Origin: a virus
IMG/VR virus record: IMGVR_UViG_3300024307_000002
Length of the DNA: 39,997 nt
Reading direction: 5' to 3' (one strand)
The translations under genes were made by a program, and so were the position numbers. Positions 9,389-18,065 of this stretch are shown here, in pieces (positions within the stretch are counted from its first letter, which is position 1; the number at the start of each line of letters is the position of its first letter). Below the pieces are notes generated by a model. The model was given only the letters and a program-made list of their open reading frames with translations, was not told the DNA's origin and did not search any database.

Positions 9389-9723
9389 AGAAGTTGCCCG
9401 TAGAGCCACGTTTGCCGAATCAGGCTGGCTTGGTTCAGCGTGTCAATGAGTTGTTCCGCGCTGTGGCTCTGTCCGTCAACGAGTTGATTGACCGGGTTTC
9501 TACGCCTCTGAGCGTGTCGGCTGTGACGGTCGGGGCTTCTCCGTTCGATTACGTCGCTGCTCGCGATGGCTTTGTGTCCATCGTTGGCGGCACGGTGTCG
9601 GCTGTGGCTTACGTCCGCGAAGGCGTGAGCACGTCGCTTGGTGTGGTTGCTGTGGTGCCTGCGAAAAAGGGCGACACGGTGCGGATTACCTACACGGTCG
9701 CCCCTACGGTGACGCTGATCTGA
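9385..9723 (+). CDS. Hypothetical virion protein
   Basis: 112 aa, ATGA-coupled, V/S/T-rich. Confidence 0.55.
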   Translation: MKKLPVEPRLPNQAGLVQRVNELFRAVALSVNELIDRVSTPLSVSAVTVGASPFDYVAARDGFVSIVGGTVSAVAYVREGVSTSLGVVAVVPAKKGDTVRITYTVAPTVTLI

Positions 9724-10133
9724 TGGCTGACATCGAACACGTCCCACCTCACTTTGTTGATCGCGAGTGGAGGGCCGGAGCATTCAAGCTGGCTGAAGCC
9801 TGCGCGACATCAGGTGGTGAAGTTACCGGCGATCAGCTCAAGTTGATGCTGATGCGCGGCGAGCGGGCGTTGGCTCGTGTCGTCAAGGACGGTCAGGCTG
9901 TCGGATGGTTGGCTCTGCGGATTGACCAACTGCCGAACGTCAGAGTTCTGCATGTCTGCGAGTTGTACGCGCCCGGCGCAATGTTCGCAGAGTGTTGGGA
10001 CCAGTTGAAAGCCTTTGCAAGTGGCAACGGCTGTACAGAGATTCGATGCGCGGCCAAACCTGCACAAGCGCGGCTGTATCGCATGAAGTTTGGCTTTGAG
10101 CCTGTTTACGAAACGCTGAGGGTTTCGCTATGA
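9723..10133 (+). CDS. GNAT-like acetyltransferase-fold protein (putative)
   Basis: 136 aa. The C-terminal half (VLHVCELYAPG...LKAFASGNGCTEIRC...ARLYRMKFGFEPV) follows the GNAT motif A/B pattern, but the classic R/QxxGxG loop is degenerate. Confidence 0.4.
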   Translation: MADIEHVPPHFVDREWRAGAFKLAEACATSGGEVTGDQLKLMLMRGERALARVVKDGQAVGWLALRIDQLPNVRVLHVCELYAPGAMFAECWDQLKAFASGNGCTEIRCAAKPAQARLYRMKFGFEPVYETLRVSL

Positions 10134-10918
10134 AGCATGAGTTTTCGGTCTATGACCCGCAAGACCAAGGGCCGCGACGGTTTGGCCATCGCAAGTTGTT
10201 CAAGGGCGGCGGCGGTGGTTCGTCCACCACATCGCAGGGCCTTGACCCTCGCCTCTATCCGCTGGTTGACACCTTCACGGCTCAGGCTCAACAGGTCGCC
10301 AACACTCCTTGGCAGGCGTACACCGGCAACCGATTTGCCGAGATGAACGGCGATCAGTCGCAGGCTCTGAACATGATCCGCCAGCAAGCCGGATCGGGCG
10401 TGCAGGGTCAGGCAGAAAGCGCCCTCGGTTCGTTCCTTCAGGGCGGGCAAGAAAACCCGTTCCTCACGCAGCAGATCCAGAAGGCTCAAGCGGAGACGGC
10501 AGACGCTTACAACCGCCAAGTGCGCCCGAATCAGGTCATGCAGGCGGTGCAGTCTGGTTCGTTTGGAAACGCGACGTTGATGGATGCGCAGGCCAAGCAA
10601 GACAGCCAGTTGCAGCAGAACCTTGGTGACATCGCTTCGGGCATGCGCTTCAACGCCTACGCGACGGATCAAGGCAACCGCATGCAGGCTTTGGGCATGT
10701 CTCCGGCCATCCAGCAAGCTGGCTACACCAACGCTGGCCAGTTGCTCAACGCTGGCAACTTGCAGCAGAACCAAGCTCAAGATCAAGCTGACTTCCAATT
10801 CCAGCAGTTCCAAGACCAGCAAAACGACCCGTACAAGAAGCTGCAAACCATGTCGGGCGTCTTCGGGACTCCCGGCTTCCAGACCCAAACCACGACCCAA
10901 AGCGGCGGAGGTAAGTGA
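10130..10918 (+). CDS. Q/N-rich internal virion / ejection protein (putative)
   Basis: 262 aa, extreme Q/N/G/A bias, ATGA-coupled. Occupies the position of podovirus ejection proteins. Confidence 0.5.
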   Translation: MKHEFSVYDPQDQGPRRFGHRKLFKGGGGGSSTTSQGLDPRLYPLVDTFTAQAQQVANTPWQAYTGNRFAEMNGDQSQALNMIRQQAGSGVQGQAESALGSFLQGGQENPFLTQQIQKAQAETADAYNRQVRPNQVMQAVQSGSFGNATLMDAQAKQDSQLQQNLGDIASGMRFNAYATDQGNRMQALGMSPAIQQAGYTNAGQLLNAGNLQQNQAQDQADFQFQQFQDQQNDPYKKLQTMSGVFGTPGFQTQTTTQSGGGK

Positions 10919-11391
10919 TGTTTTGGATGCTACCCATTGCGGGCGCTGGCATCGGTGCCATGCTCGACAAAAAGAACCCGCTCAAAGGAGCGGCGCTCGG
11001 TGGGCTGCTTGGCGCTGGTGGCGCTTACGCTGCCCCGTCGCTTTCGTCCGGCTTGCTCAACTTCTCTGGCGGGCAAGCTGCTGCACCGATTGTGGACATG
11101 AGCACAAAGGCGACAGCCGAGACGGTCGCTGGGCTTCCCGGCAAAGAGGGCGGCATGTTGGACGCTTTTGCGAAATATGCGGCCCCTGCATCCAGCGTTG
11201 CAAACATCGCGGATAAGGCTGGCGCTTTCGGAGGCCAGCCGATGCAGGCTCCGCAGGCTCAATTCCAACAAGGCCCCGGCTTTGCTGGGTTGCTGACTCC
11301 TACTGAGCAGGTTGACCCGGAAAAGCGTCGTCAGGCTCAACAAATGGCCGTGCAAGGGCTGCTCGGTGGCTATGGGAGGAACTATGGCTGA
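10918..11391 (+). CDS. G/A-rich membrane-like virion protein (putative ejection protein)
   Basis: ATG at 10918 overlaps the upstream TGA (a GTG at 10915 is also possible). Hydrophobic G/A-rich N-terminal half. Confidence 0.5.
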   Translation: MFWMLPIAGAGIGAMLDKKNPLKGAALGGLLGAGGAYAAPSLSSGLLNFSGGQAAAPIVDMSTKATAETVAGLPGKEGGMLDAFAKYAAPASSVANIADKAGAFGGQPMQAPQAQFQQGPGFAGLLTPTEQVDPEKRRQAQQMAVQGLLGGYGRNYG

Positions 11392-12640
11392 GTCAAACGG
11401 ACTTCTCGACTTCCTGAACTCTCCGGGCGGCATGGGCTTGCTGTCCGCTGTCGGCGCTGGCCTGGCTGGCGCTCGTCGCGGCGGCACATGGAATGCTGTC
11501 GGCTCTGGCCTGCTCGGTGGCATTCAAGGCCTCGCGCAAGGGCAAGACCTGCAACGTCAAAACGAATACGCCACCCAGCGCGGCAAGCTGTTTGACATGC
11601 AGGCGCAGCAGTTGGAGCAGCAGCAGGCTGCGGCACGTGCTGAGGCAGAGCGCAAGGCGGCGCAGCAAGCATCTCAACAGGCATTCTTGCAGCGCCTTAA
11701 CCCCAATCAGATGCGTTTGAACACCGCCCTTGGCGGGGGTGGCGGCCCCACGTCTGCCAACGCTGCCAAGTTGCCCGCAGAGGTTGACCCTCAGAAGCAA
11801 ATGATGTGGGAGGCGGCCCAATCTGGCGTCATCCCCGCCTCCGACTACATCAAGACCTTCATGCCTGACACGGAGGCTTTCACATTGAGCCCCGGCCAGG
11901 TTCGCTACAAGGGTGGGCAGATCGTTGCCAAAGGCCAGGACGCTGCACCTGAACTGCCGTCCTCTGTGCGCGAGTACAACTTCGCCAAGGATCAAGGCTT
12001 CAGTGGGTCATTCCAAGATTGGGTCATGTCTCAAAAGCGCGCGTCGGCGCCTAGCGTCGCTGTCAACATGAGCGATCCGACCGCAGTGGCAAAGGCTGCG
12101 TTGTCCTTCCAAAAGGATTTCCGGGACGCGACGAAGCCGTCTTATGCCCGCGCTGCGGCATACAACGCCATGTTAGAGGCGTCACGCGACCCGAGCCCGA
12201 AGGGCGACTTGACGATGGTCTATTCGCTCGTCAAAGCGTATGACCCCGAGTCCGTTGTTCGCGAGGGTGAAATCGACCTGTTGAACGCGAACCGCAGCGT
12301 TCCGGATCGGATCAAGGGTTATGCGCAGCGACTGGCAACCGGTAAATCGTTGTTGCCGGAAGAGCGGCAGGACATGCTTGAACAAGCAAGGACGCTTTCG
12401 TTCACCGATTACAAGCGCAGCCGCAACGACATTAAGGCTTTCCGCGATAACGCTGGACGCCTCGGTCTTGACCCTCAGTTGTACGCGCCAGACCCGTATC
12501 AAGGCGTTGACTTCGGGCCGCGCAAATTGGGTGGATCGCCTCAAGCCATGCCGGCAAAAGGCGGCACGCCCAGGGCTCCGGCAACCATTCCGACTCAGGC
12601 CGAAATCGCGGCAGAACTCGCTCGCCGGGGGATCAAATGA
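11384..12640 (+). CDS. Internal virion / ejection protein (putative)
   Basis: ATG at 11384 is preceded by GGGAGGA and overlaps the upstream stop (ATGGCTGA). The ORF-track start at 11312 lies inside the upstream gene. Confidence 0.55.
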   Translation: MAESNGLLDFLNSPGGMGLLSAVGAGLAGARRGGTWNAVGSGLLGGIQGLAQGQDLQRQNEYATQRGKLFDMQAQQLEQQQAAARAEAERKAAQQASQQAFLQRLNPNQMRLNTALGGGGGPTSANAAKLPAEVDPQKQMMWEAAQSGVIPASDYIKTFMPDTEAFTLSPGQVRYKGGQIVAKGQDAAPELPSSVREYNFAKDQGFSGSFQDWVMSQKRASAPSVAVNMSDPTAVAKAALSFQKDFRDATKPSYARAAAYNAMLEASRDPSPKGDLTMVYSLVKAYDPESVVREGEIDLLNANRSVPDRIKGYAQRLATGKSLLPEERQDMLEQARTLSFTDYKRSRNDIKAFRDNAGRLGLDPQLYAPDPYQGVDFGPRKLGGSPQAMPAKGGTPRAPATIPTQAEIAAELARRGIK

Positions 12641-14463
12641 CTGACCTGACCAAACTGTCAGACGCTGACCTAATGGCTCTGCGTGCCGGCGATCTTTCGC
12701 GGCTGTCTGATGATGGCCTGCGAATGATCGCGGCGCAGGCAAAGCCGCAAGAGGCACCATCGCTTCAAGCGCCATTTGAAGATCCTGGTTTCGCTAAAAC
12801 CTTGTTGATTGGCACGGGGCGAACCTTTGACCGCATCGGCAAGGGCGCTCAACAGATGTACTACAGCGCGACCGGGGACGAAAAGGCACTTGCAGACCTC
12901 AAGGCTCAGGCGGCATCTGATGACGCGGCTTATGAGCCTTTGAAGAAGGCTCGCCCGTTTGCTACCGGCATTGGTGAATCGTTGCCGTCCTTGGCTATCC
13001 CTGGCGGCGGCGCTGCAACACTGTGGGGCAACGTTGCCCGCATGGGCGCTGCCGGCGCACTCCCTGGAATGCTTGAATACGGTTCAATCAGCGACCGATT
13101 GGAGCGCGGCGCTACTGGAGCGGCTGCCGGCGCGTCTGTGCCTGTCCTGGGTGCGGCACTCAAGACCGGCAAGGCGTTCGTGGAACCGCTTTATAAAAGC
13201 GGGCGAGAGCAGATCATTGGCCGCGTTTTGAACCAAGTTGGCGGCGATGATGCCGTTGCGATTGCTTCGCGGCTTCGCGGGGCTCGTGAGCTTGTGCCGG
13301 GCTCGTTGCCGACCGCGGGCCAGGTTGCCGAGAGCGGCGGCATCGCTGCACTTGAGCGAGCCGCGGCACAGGCAAACCCGCAGGCTTACACCGAACGAGC
13401 CATGCAGCAGGCTTCCGCTCGCCTGAATGCTCTGCGCGGGATCGCTGGTGATGATGCAGCAATAGCAGCCGCCAAGGCTGCTAGGTCTGAGGCGAGCGGG
13501 CCACTTTTCCAGCAGGCAACCAAAGCCGTCTACACGGTAGACGACAAGCTAGCCAATCTTCTTAAGCGCCCAGCCGTGCAGCAGGCCATGGGGCGCGCAA
13601 AGACGCTAGCAGAGAACGAGGGGCGGACGTTCACGTTCAATGTCAACCCATCAAACCCATTCAGTGGGCTCGGCATCAGGGGCAACAAATCCACTCAGAT
13701 CAGCGGGCAAGCTCTGCAAGACCTGAAGATGGCCATGGATGAGATGCTGTCCGACCCTGCATCTGGTTTCGCCGGCAAATCCGGGGATGCCGTCCGCAGC
13801 CTGCGGGGGCAATTGCTGGGCTGGATGGAGGGCGCTAACCCTGTTTTCAAGCAAGCGCGCTCGACTCATTCGGCCATGTCCAAGCCGATCAACCAGATGC
13901 AGGTTGGTCAGTTCTTGCTCGATAAGGTTCAGCCCGCCTTGTCGGACTTCGGCGCCCTGGGTCAGGAAAGCGGAGCCCAATACGCTCGCGCACTGCGCAA
14001 CGCTGACCAGTCCGTCCGCGCCGCAACGCAGTTCAAGGGCAACAAGACCCTGACCGATGTCATGACGCCGGATCAGATGGGTACGCTGAACGCGATTGGT
14101 CAAGACCTGGCGCGCAAGGCAAATGCCCAAAACCTGGGGCGTGGCGTCGGCTCAGACACCTTTCAGAAGCTGTCGATGAACAACATCGCGCAGCAATCTG
14201 GCATGCCTCGTTTGGCTGGCGGCTTGCTTGAGTTCCCCGGCATCTCGCGCGCAACCCGTTGGGTCTACCAAGGCGCAGACGAGAAGGCGCAAGGCTTGCT
14301 GTCTGACGCGCTCCTCAACCCTGCGCAAGCGGCAGACCTGATGCAGAAGGTTTCAGAACAAGGGCTTCTGAAGGGCAGTCCAAAAACGCGCAAGGTAGTA
14401 GAACAGGCGTTGCTTCGCTCTGGACTGCTTGGGATCCCATACGCCAGCCCTTCGGTTGAGTGA
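12637..14463 (+). CDS. Large internal virion / ejection protein (putative)
   Basis: 608 aa, ATGA-coupled, A/G/Q-rich. Last gene before the tail-fiber cassette. Confidence 0.55.
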   Translation: MTDLTKLSDADLMALRAGDLSRLSDDGLRMIAAQAKPQEAPSLQAPFEDPGFAKTLLIGTGRTFDRIGKGAQQMYYSATGDEKALADLKAQAASDDAAYEPLKKARPFATGIGESLPSLAIPGGGAATLWGNVARMGAAGALPGMLEYGSISDRLERGATGAAAGASVPVLGAALKTGKAFVEPLYKSGREQIIGRVLNQVGGDDAVAIASRLRGARELVPGSLPTAGQVAESGGIAALERAAAQANPQAYTERAMQQASARLNALRGIAGDDAAIAAAKAARSEASGPLFQQATKAVYTVDDKLANLLKRPAVQQAMGRAKTLAENEGRTFTFNVNPSNPFSGLGIRGNKSTQISGQALQDLKMAMDEMLSDPASGFAGKSGDAVRSLRGQLLGWMEGANPVFKQARSTHSAMSKPINQMQVGQFLLDKVQPALSDFGALGQESGAQYARALRNADQSVRAATQFKGNKTLTDVMTPDQMGTLNAIGQDLARKANAQNLGRGVGSDTFQKLSMNNIAQQSGMPRLAGGLLEFPGISRATRWVYQGADEKAQGLLSDALLNPAQAADLMQKVSEQGLLKGSPKTRKVVEQALLRSGLLGIPYASPSVE

Positions 14464-14562
14464 GTGGCCGATTTTGTTGTTGAGGTAACCAACACCGAGC
14501 CAAAAGAGGGGGCCGATTAGACCGACAACGATCATCGTTCCCAAACCACGCCACCAGTCCAT
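14353..14562 (-). CDS. Possible small membrane protein, antisense to the 3' end of the 608-aa gene
   Basis: ATG at 14562 is preceded by GGGGGTGGGG. The N-terminal 35 aa (MDWWRGLGTMIVVGLIGPLFWLGVGYL) form a clean TM helix encoded in the otherwise unexplained 14464-14594 spacer. The rest overlaps the + gene. Confidence 0.25.
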   Translation of the reverse strand: MDWWRGLGTMIVVGLIGPLFWLGVGYLNNKIGHSLNRRAGVWDPKQSRAKQRLFYYLARFWTALQKPLF

Positions 14563-14594
14563 CCCCACCCCCTAAAAGTTTCCCGAATCTTACC

Positions 14595-14628
14595 AAGCCC
14601 GCAGGCATCGCGCCTAGCGGGCTTTTTT
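14595..14628 (+). terminator. Intrinsic terminator before the tail-fiber gene
   Basis: aagcccgc / gcgggctt stem with an inner aggc/gcct helix, followed by TTTTTT. Confidence 0.8.
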
Positions 14629-14641
14629 CATTGAGGTGCCC

Positions 14642-15502
14642 ATGCCTGTACCTGCTTCCCTTGCTTCGCTGTCCACGACTCCGGCCAGCAACCAGCCCAG
14701 CGGCGGCGAGAACCCGTTTCCTGATCTGGATGACCACATCCGGGCGGGGTACGCCTTTGACGCCCAGAACCGGGACGCGATTGCGACGAAGCTGAATGCT
14801 TCGGCTGTCTCGGCGTTCGGCCTGACGCTGATTGATGACGCTGACGCTGCCACGGCTCGGGCTACGTTGGGCGCTGTTGGGTTGACGGGCGATCAAGCGG
14901 TCGCAGGCGTCAAGACGTTCTCTAGCTCGCCCATCGCGCCGACTCCGACCGCGGGCGACAACACGACCAAGGTTGCCACGACTGCGTTTGTTAAGACTGC
15001 TGCTGATGCTGCGGTCGCGGATCGGTTCAGGTTCTTCGATACCGTTGCGCAGGCAACAACGAGCGGCACGGTTGTTGAGTACACAACGATCCCATCGTGG
15101 GCCAGGCGCGTGACAGTGCTTCTGCGAAATGTGAGCACAGCGGGAACGTCTCATTACGTCATCCAACTCGGCTCAGGATCGTTTGCAACGTCTGGTTATA
15201 CGGACGCTGTCACAGGAATCACCTACGGCACAAACGGCGGTGCCGATGCTGTCGGCCAAGGAATCCCAATCCATCACTCTCAAGCCGCGCAGGCGGTTAC
15301 GGGGATTGTTCATTTTGTCTTGGACGAGGGCAACACATGGATCGCAGCCGGGTCACTCTCAGCGGTTGGCGGGACAAACCCTCTAGGCATCACGTCCGCT
15401 GGTTCGATTGCTCTGGCTGGCGTGCTGGATCGAATCCGCATCACCTCCGTTTCGGCTGACACCTTCGACTCTGGCTCTATCAGCTACCTGTTTGAAGGCT
15501 GA
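14642..15502 (+). CDS. Tail fiber protein
   Basis: ATG at 14642 lies 5 nt after GAGG. The N-terminus (LASLSTTPASNQPSGGENPFPDLDDHIRA...TATARATLGA...AGVKTF..SP..PTP..GDNTTKVATTAFV) is a typical phage fiber N-terminal anchor pattern. Confidence 0.8.
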   Translation: MPVPASLASLSTTPASNQPSGGENPFPDLDDHIRAGYAFDAQNRDAIATKLNASAVSAFGLTLIDDADAATARATLGAVGLTGDQAVAGVKTFSSSPIAPTPTAGDNTTKVATTAFVKTAADAAVADRFRFFDTVAQATTSGTVVEYTTIPSWARRVTVLLRNVSTAGTSHYVIQLGSGSFATSGYTDAVTGITYGTNGGADAVGQGIPIHHSQAAQAVTGIVHFVLDEGNTWIAAGSLSAVGGTNPLGITSAGSIALAGVLDRIRITSVSADTFDSGSISYLFEG

Positions 15503-15529
15503 TTGAGGCCGCTTCCCACACAACCACAC

Positions 15530-15553
15530 AGGCTCGCTTCGGCGGGCCTTTTT
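15530..15553 (+). terminator. Intrinsic terminator between the tail-fiber and tailspike genes
   Basis: aggctcgc-ttcg-gcgggcct followed by TTTTT. Confidence 0.8.
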
Positions 15554-15568
15554 CATTGATGAGGCTCT

Positions 15569-17281
15569 ATGACCATTCTCACGTCTGCAAATGGCTCCCT
15601 CCCGCTGACTCTGCGCAAGGGTGAAACCCTTGTTATCCGCAACTACTCTGGCGCGGAGACGGTTACCGGCTCGACTGTTCCGGTTCAGTTCACAAAAGAC
15701 GGCGCAGATGTCTACGGCCCCCAACTGACCGACGCTTCGGTGTCCTTGTCTTCCTCTGGATCGCTTGACTATCAGGTTGTGCAGGGGAAAGTCGGCGGCG
15801 ACGCCATCAACGAGCGTGGGCGTCTTGTCTTTGCTGCCTTCGGCCATTCGTTCCTGCGCAACGGCTGGCGATATGAGGCCCCTTGGAGCTACACGCAAGG
15901 CGGATCGATTACTGGCGTTTACGCTGAAGGTCTTGAGCAGTTGGTGAGCGCATCCACGCAGACGCTGACCATCGACACTGCGGCTCAGACCATCCAGTTT
16001 GCAGGCGGTGTCCCAGTGCGTCTGCGAGCCGGTTATGTCCGAGTGCCGGGTCCGACCGGGCTCTATGACGGTGTGCACATCCGCGTCAACCTGCCGCAAG
16101 TTGTGTCGGGCTCGATGACTCTGACCCGCTCCGGCACTCGTGGCGACGAAATCTACGGTGCAGACAACCCGCTGGTGTGGGCTCAAATCTTCAGCCGTCA
16201 ATCTGTCCAGTTCGTCAACTACGCGGCCAGCGGTCAGACCATGTGGGCAATGGCTGGTGAGAACGGATCGGTTGCCGCCGACATTTCCAGCCTCCCGCCG
16301 AACCTGTCAGGCATCGTGTTCGACTGCAACACGAACGACGTGCAGAGCAATCGCACGCTCGCTCAGATGCAGGCCGATGCAATCGACATCCTTAACCGAC
16401 TGATGGCTGTTGGCGTGCCTGTCTATGTGACCGCTGACCCGCCTTTCCGCAGCGAGTGGAATGCCGATTCGGCCAAGCGTCAAACCGCCGCCGCTTACGC
16501 AATGTGGCTGCAATCGTACTGCGCAACGCTTCCGCGTGCTGTCTTCGTGCCGATGTGGGATTCGATGATCCCGGCATCCGGTACTTCGATCCGCACTGCC
16601 TTTGCAGCGACTGACCTTGTTCACCCCGGCGGTGCTGCTGGGCAGTTGGCCGGGTACGCCCTCTGGCGTGCCATGGGCTCGCCGATTGATCGTGGCCCCA
16701 ACTTCGGTTCGTCCGACTCGGCAAACTCTGCCACCAATCCGAACGGCAGTTACTTGGTGACCCCGTACCTGAACGGCTCCAACGCTCTGACCGGGACCGG
16801 CTATAGCGGGAACTTCGCGAACAACGTGACGCCCAGCGTCAACAACTCCACCCTTGTTGGGGCGAAGGTTGCACGGACGGACGGCATCGCGGGCGAGTGG
16901 GAAGAAGCCACGTTCACCAGCACGGCAGACGGCGGCAACGTCATCCTGCAAGACGGGACTGCTGCGTTCGTAGCGGGCCGTTTCCCTGCGGCTTACTCGC
17001 GGGTGCAGTTGTTCTGCGAGATCGAGGTACAGGGCTCGCAACTCGCGCCCGACGCCCGGACGGCGATCACTGCCCCGTCTGTTCGTTATGCGCGGTCCAC
17101 CGTCAACTCCAACAACGCTGGCCCGCTCGCGATGACAACCTACAGCGGCGTTCTGGCGACTGCCCCCCTGCTCATCCTGCCGACTGACACGCAAATGCAA
17201 TTGCAACGATACGGGGTTGGCACTGCAACCACCAGCGGCGCAAAAGTCCGTTGGGGGCGTCAGGTTCTGGTGACTGTTTGA
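15569..17281 (+). CDS. Tailspike / receptor-modifying protein with a central SGNH (GDSL-type) esterase domain
   Basis: 570 aa. SGNH blocks appear in order: FGHSF (block I, Ser nucleophile), FDCNTNDV (block III, GxND-like), TDLVHPGG (block V, DxxH). Last virion gene. Confidence 0.7.
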   Translation: MTILTSANGSLPLTLRKGETLVIRNYSGAETVTGSTVPVQFTKDGADVYGPQLTDASVSLSSSGSLDYQVVQGKVGGDAINERGRLVFAAFGHSFLRNGWRYEAPWSYTQGGSITGVYAEGLEQLVSASTQTLTIDTAAQTIQFAGGVPVRLRAGYVRVPGPTGLYDGVHIRVNLPQVVSGSMTLTRSGTRGDEIYGADNPLVWAQIFSRQSVQFVNYAASGQTMWAMAGENGSVAADISSLPPNLSGIVFDCNTNDVQSNRTLAQMQADAIDILNRLMAVGVPVYVTADPPFRSEWNADSAKRQTAAAYAMWLQSYCATLPRAVFVPMWDSMIPASGTSIRTAFAATDLVHPGGAAGQLAGYALWRAMGSPIDRGPNFGSSDSANSATNPNGSYLVTPYLNGSNALTGTGYSGNFANNVTPSVNNSTLVGAKVARTDGIAGEWEEATFTSTADGGNVILQDGTAAFVAGRFPAAYSRVQLFCEIEVQGSQLAPDARTAITAPSVRYARSTVNSNNAGPLAMTTYSGVLATAPLLILPTDTQMQLQRYGVGTATTSGAKVRWGRQVLVTV

Positions 17282-17604
17282 CCGCAGCGGACAACGCCGC
17301 CGCGCTGCAATACAGCCAATACAACCCGTGGTTCCTGGCCCGCCAGTTCAGCAAGGCAGACGGTGACCCGGATGAGGTTTTCGACTTCTACGGCGCGATT
17401 TACTCCGCGCAAGGTCTGACGACCGCCAACGCTGTTGCAGTGATCGGCGGGCAGGCTGCTTTCACGCTCGTGACTGACAAGCTGTTTCCGTCGAACAACT
17501 CTGCAAACGGCGGCTCACGCGACGGCACGCACCCGAGCGGCCCTCTGTACGCAGGAGCGGCGGCTGTCATGAAGGGCCAACTTCCCGCGCTCGTCGGGTT
17601 CTGA
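17251..17604 (+). pseudogene. Start-less remnant of a second SGNH-hydrolase C-terminus
   Basis: Open frame encodes ...SRDGTHPSGPLYAGAAAV..., an SGNH block V (DGxHP). It has no ATG and no ribosome-binding site; the only candidate starts are TTGs inside the tailspike 3' end. Confidence 0.5.
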
Positions 17605-17614
17605 TTCACCAACC

Positions 17615-17634
17615 GCAGCCGCTGCGGCGGCTGC
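17615..17634 (+). other. GC-rich hairpin upstream of the lysis cassette
   Basis: gcagccgc-tgcg-gcggctgc (8 bp plus tetraloop). No T-tract follows. Confidence 0.6.
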
Positions 17635-17649
17635 ACTCACTCCTGAGCC

Positions 17650-17841
17650 ATGAGCCAACACCTTGAACACGCGGCGTCCGGCGTCGCTTCTGTGGTCGCC
17701 AAGAACGCGCCGCCCGCTGTCGTGACAAGCCTTTCTCTGTTGGGTGTGCCCCTTCAGGAGTGGGTCTACATCGCGACCCTTCTTTGGATCGGTTATCAGT
17801 TTGCGATGGATGTTCGCAAGCGTTGGAAGGACGATAAATGA
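17650..17841 (+). CDS. Holin-like protein
   Basis: 63 aa, hydrophobic core (WVYIATLLWIGYQFAM) and a charged C-terminus (RKRWKDDK). First gene of the lysis cassette. Confidence 0.6.
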   Translation: MSQHLEHAASGVASVVAKNAPPAVVTSLSLLGVPLQEWVYIATLLWIGYQFAMDVRKRWKDDK

Positions 17842-18065
17842 AGCTCATCGACAACGCCACAAAAGCCTGGCGGATGTTCTCCATGCAGGCGATGAGCCTT
17901 GCGCTTGTCGTGCAAGCCGTGTGGGTGGAACTGCCCGCCGACCTGCGCGATTCGTTGGACTCGGCGACGGTTCGCTACATCACGATTGGATTGCTAGTCG
18001 CTGGTGTGTTTGGTCGGCTTGTGAAGCAGGACGCCATCCATGAAGACAAGCAAAGCGGGGCTTGA
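17838..18065 (+). CDS. Second holin / antiholin-like membrane protein
   Basis: 75 aa, two predicted TM helices, ATGA-coupled. Overlaps the endolysin start. Confidence 0.55.
   Translation: MKLIDNATKAWRMFSMQAMSLALVVQAVWVELPADLRDSLDSATVRYITIGLLVAGVFGRLVKQDAIHEDKQSGA

Noticed and set aside
17243-17281. Programmed -1 frameshift fusing the tailspike (frame of 15569) to the 17251..17604 frame
   Set aside because: The frames differ by -1, but the overlap (cgt tgg ggg cgt cag gtt ...) contains no X-XXY-YYZ slippery heptamer and no downstream structure at the right distance. A gene remnant is the simpler explanation.
17615-17634. The hairpin before the lysis cassette as an intrinsic terminator
   Set aside because: It is a perfect 8-bp GC stem with a tetraloop, but it is followed by actcactcc, with no T-tract. 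It is more likely an RNA-stability or processing element, or simply incidental.
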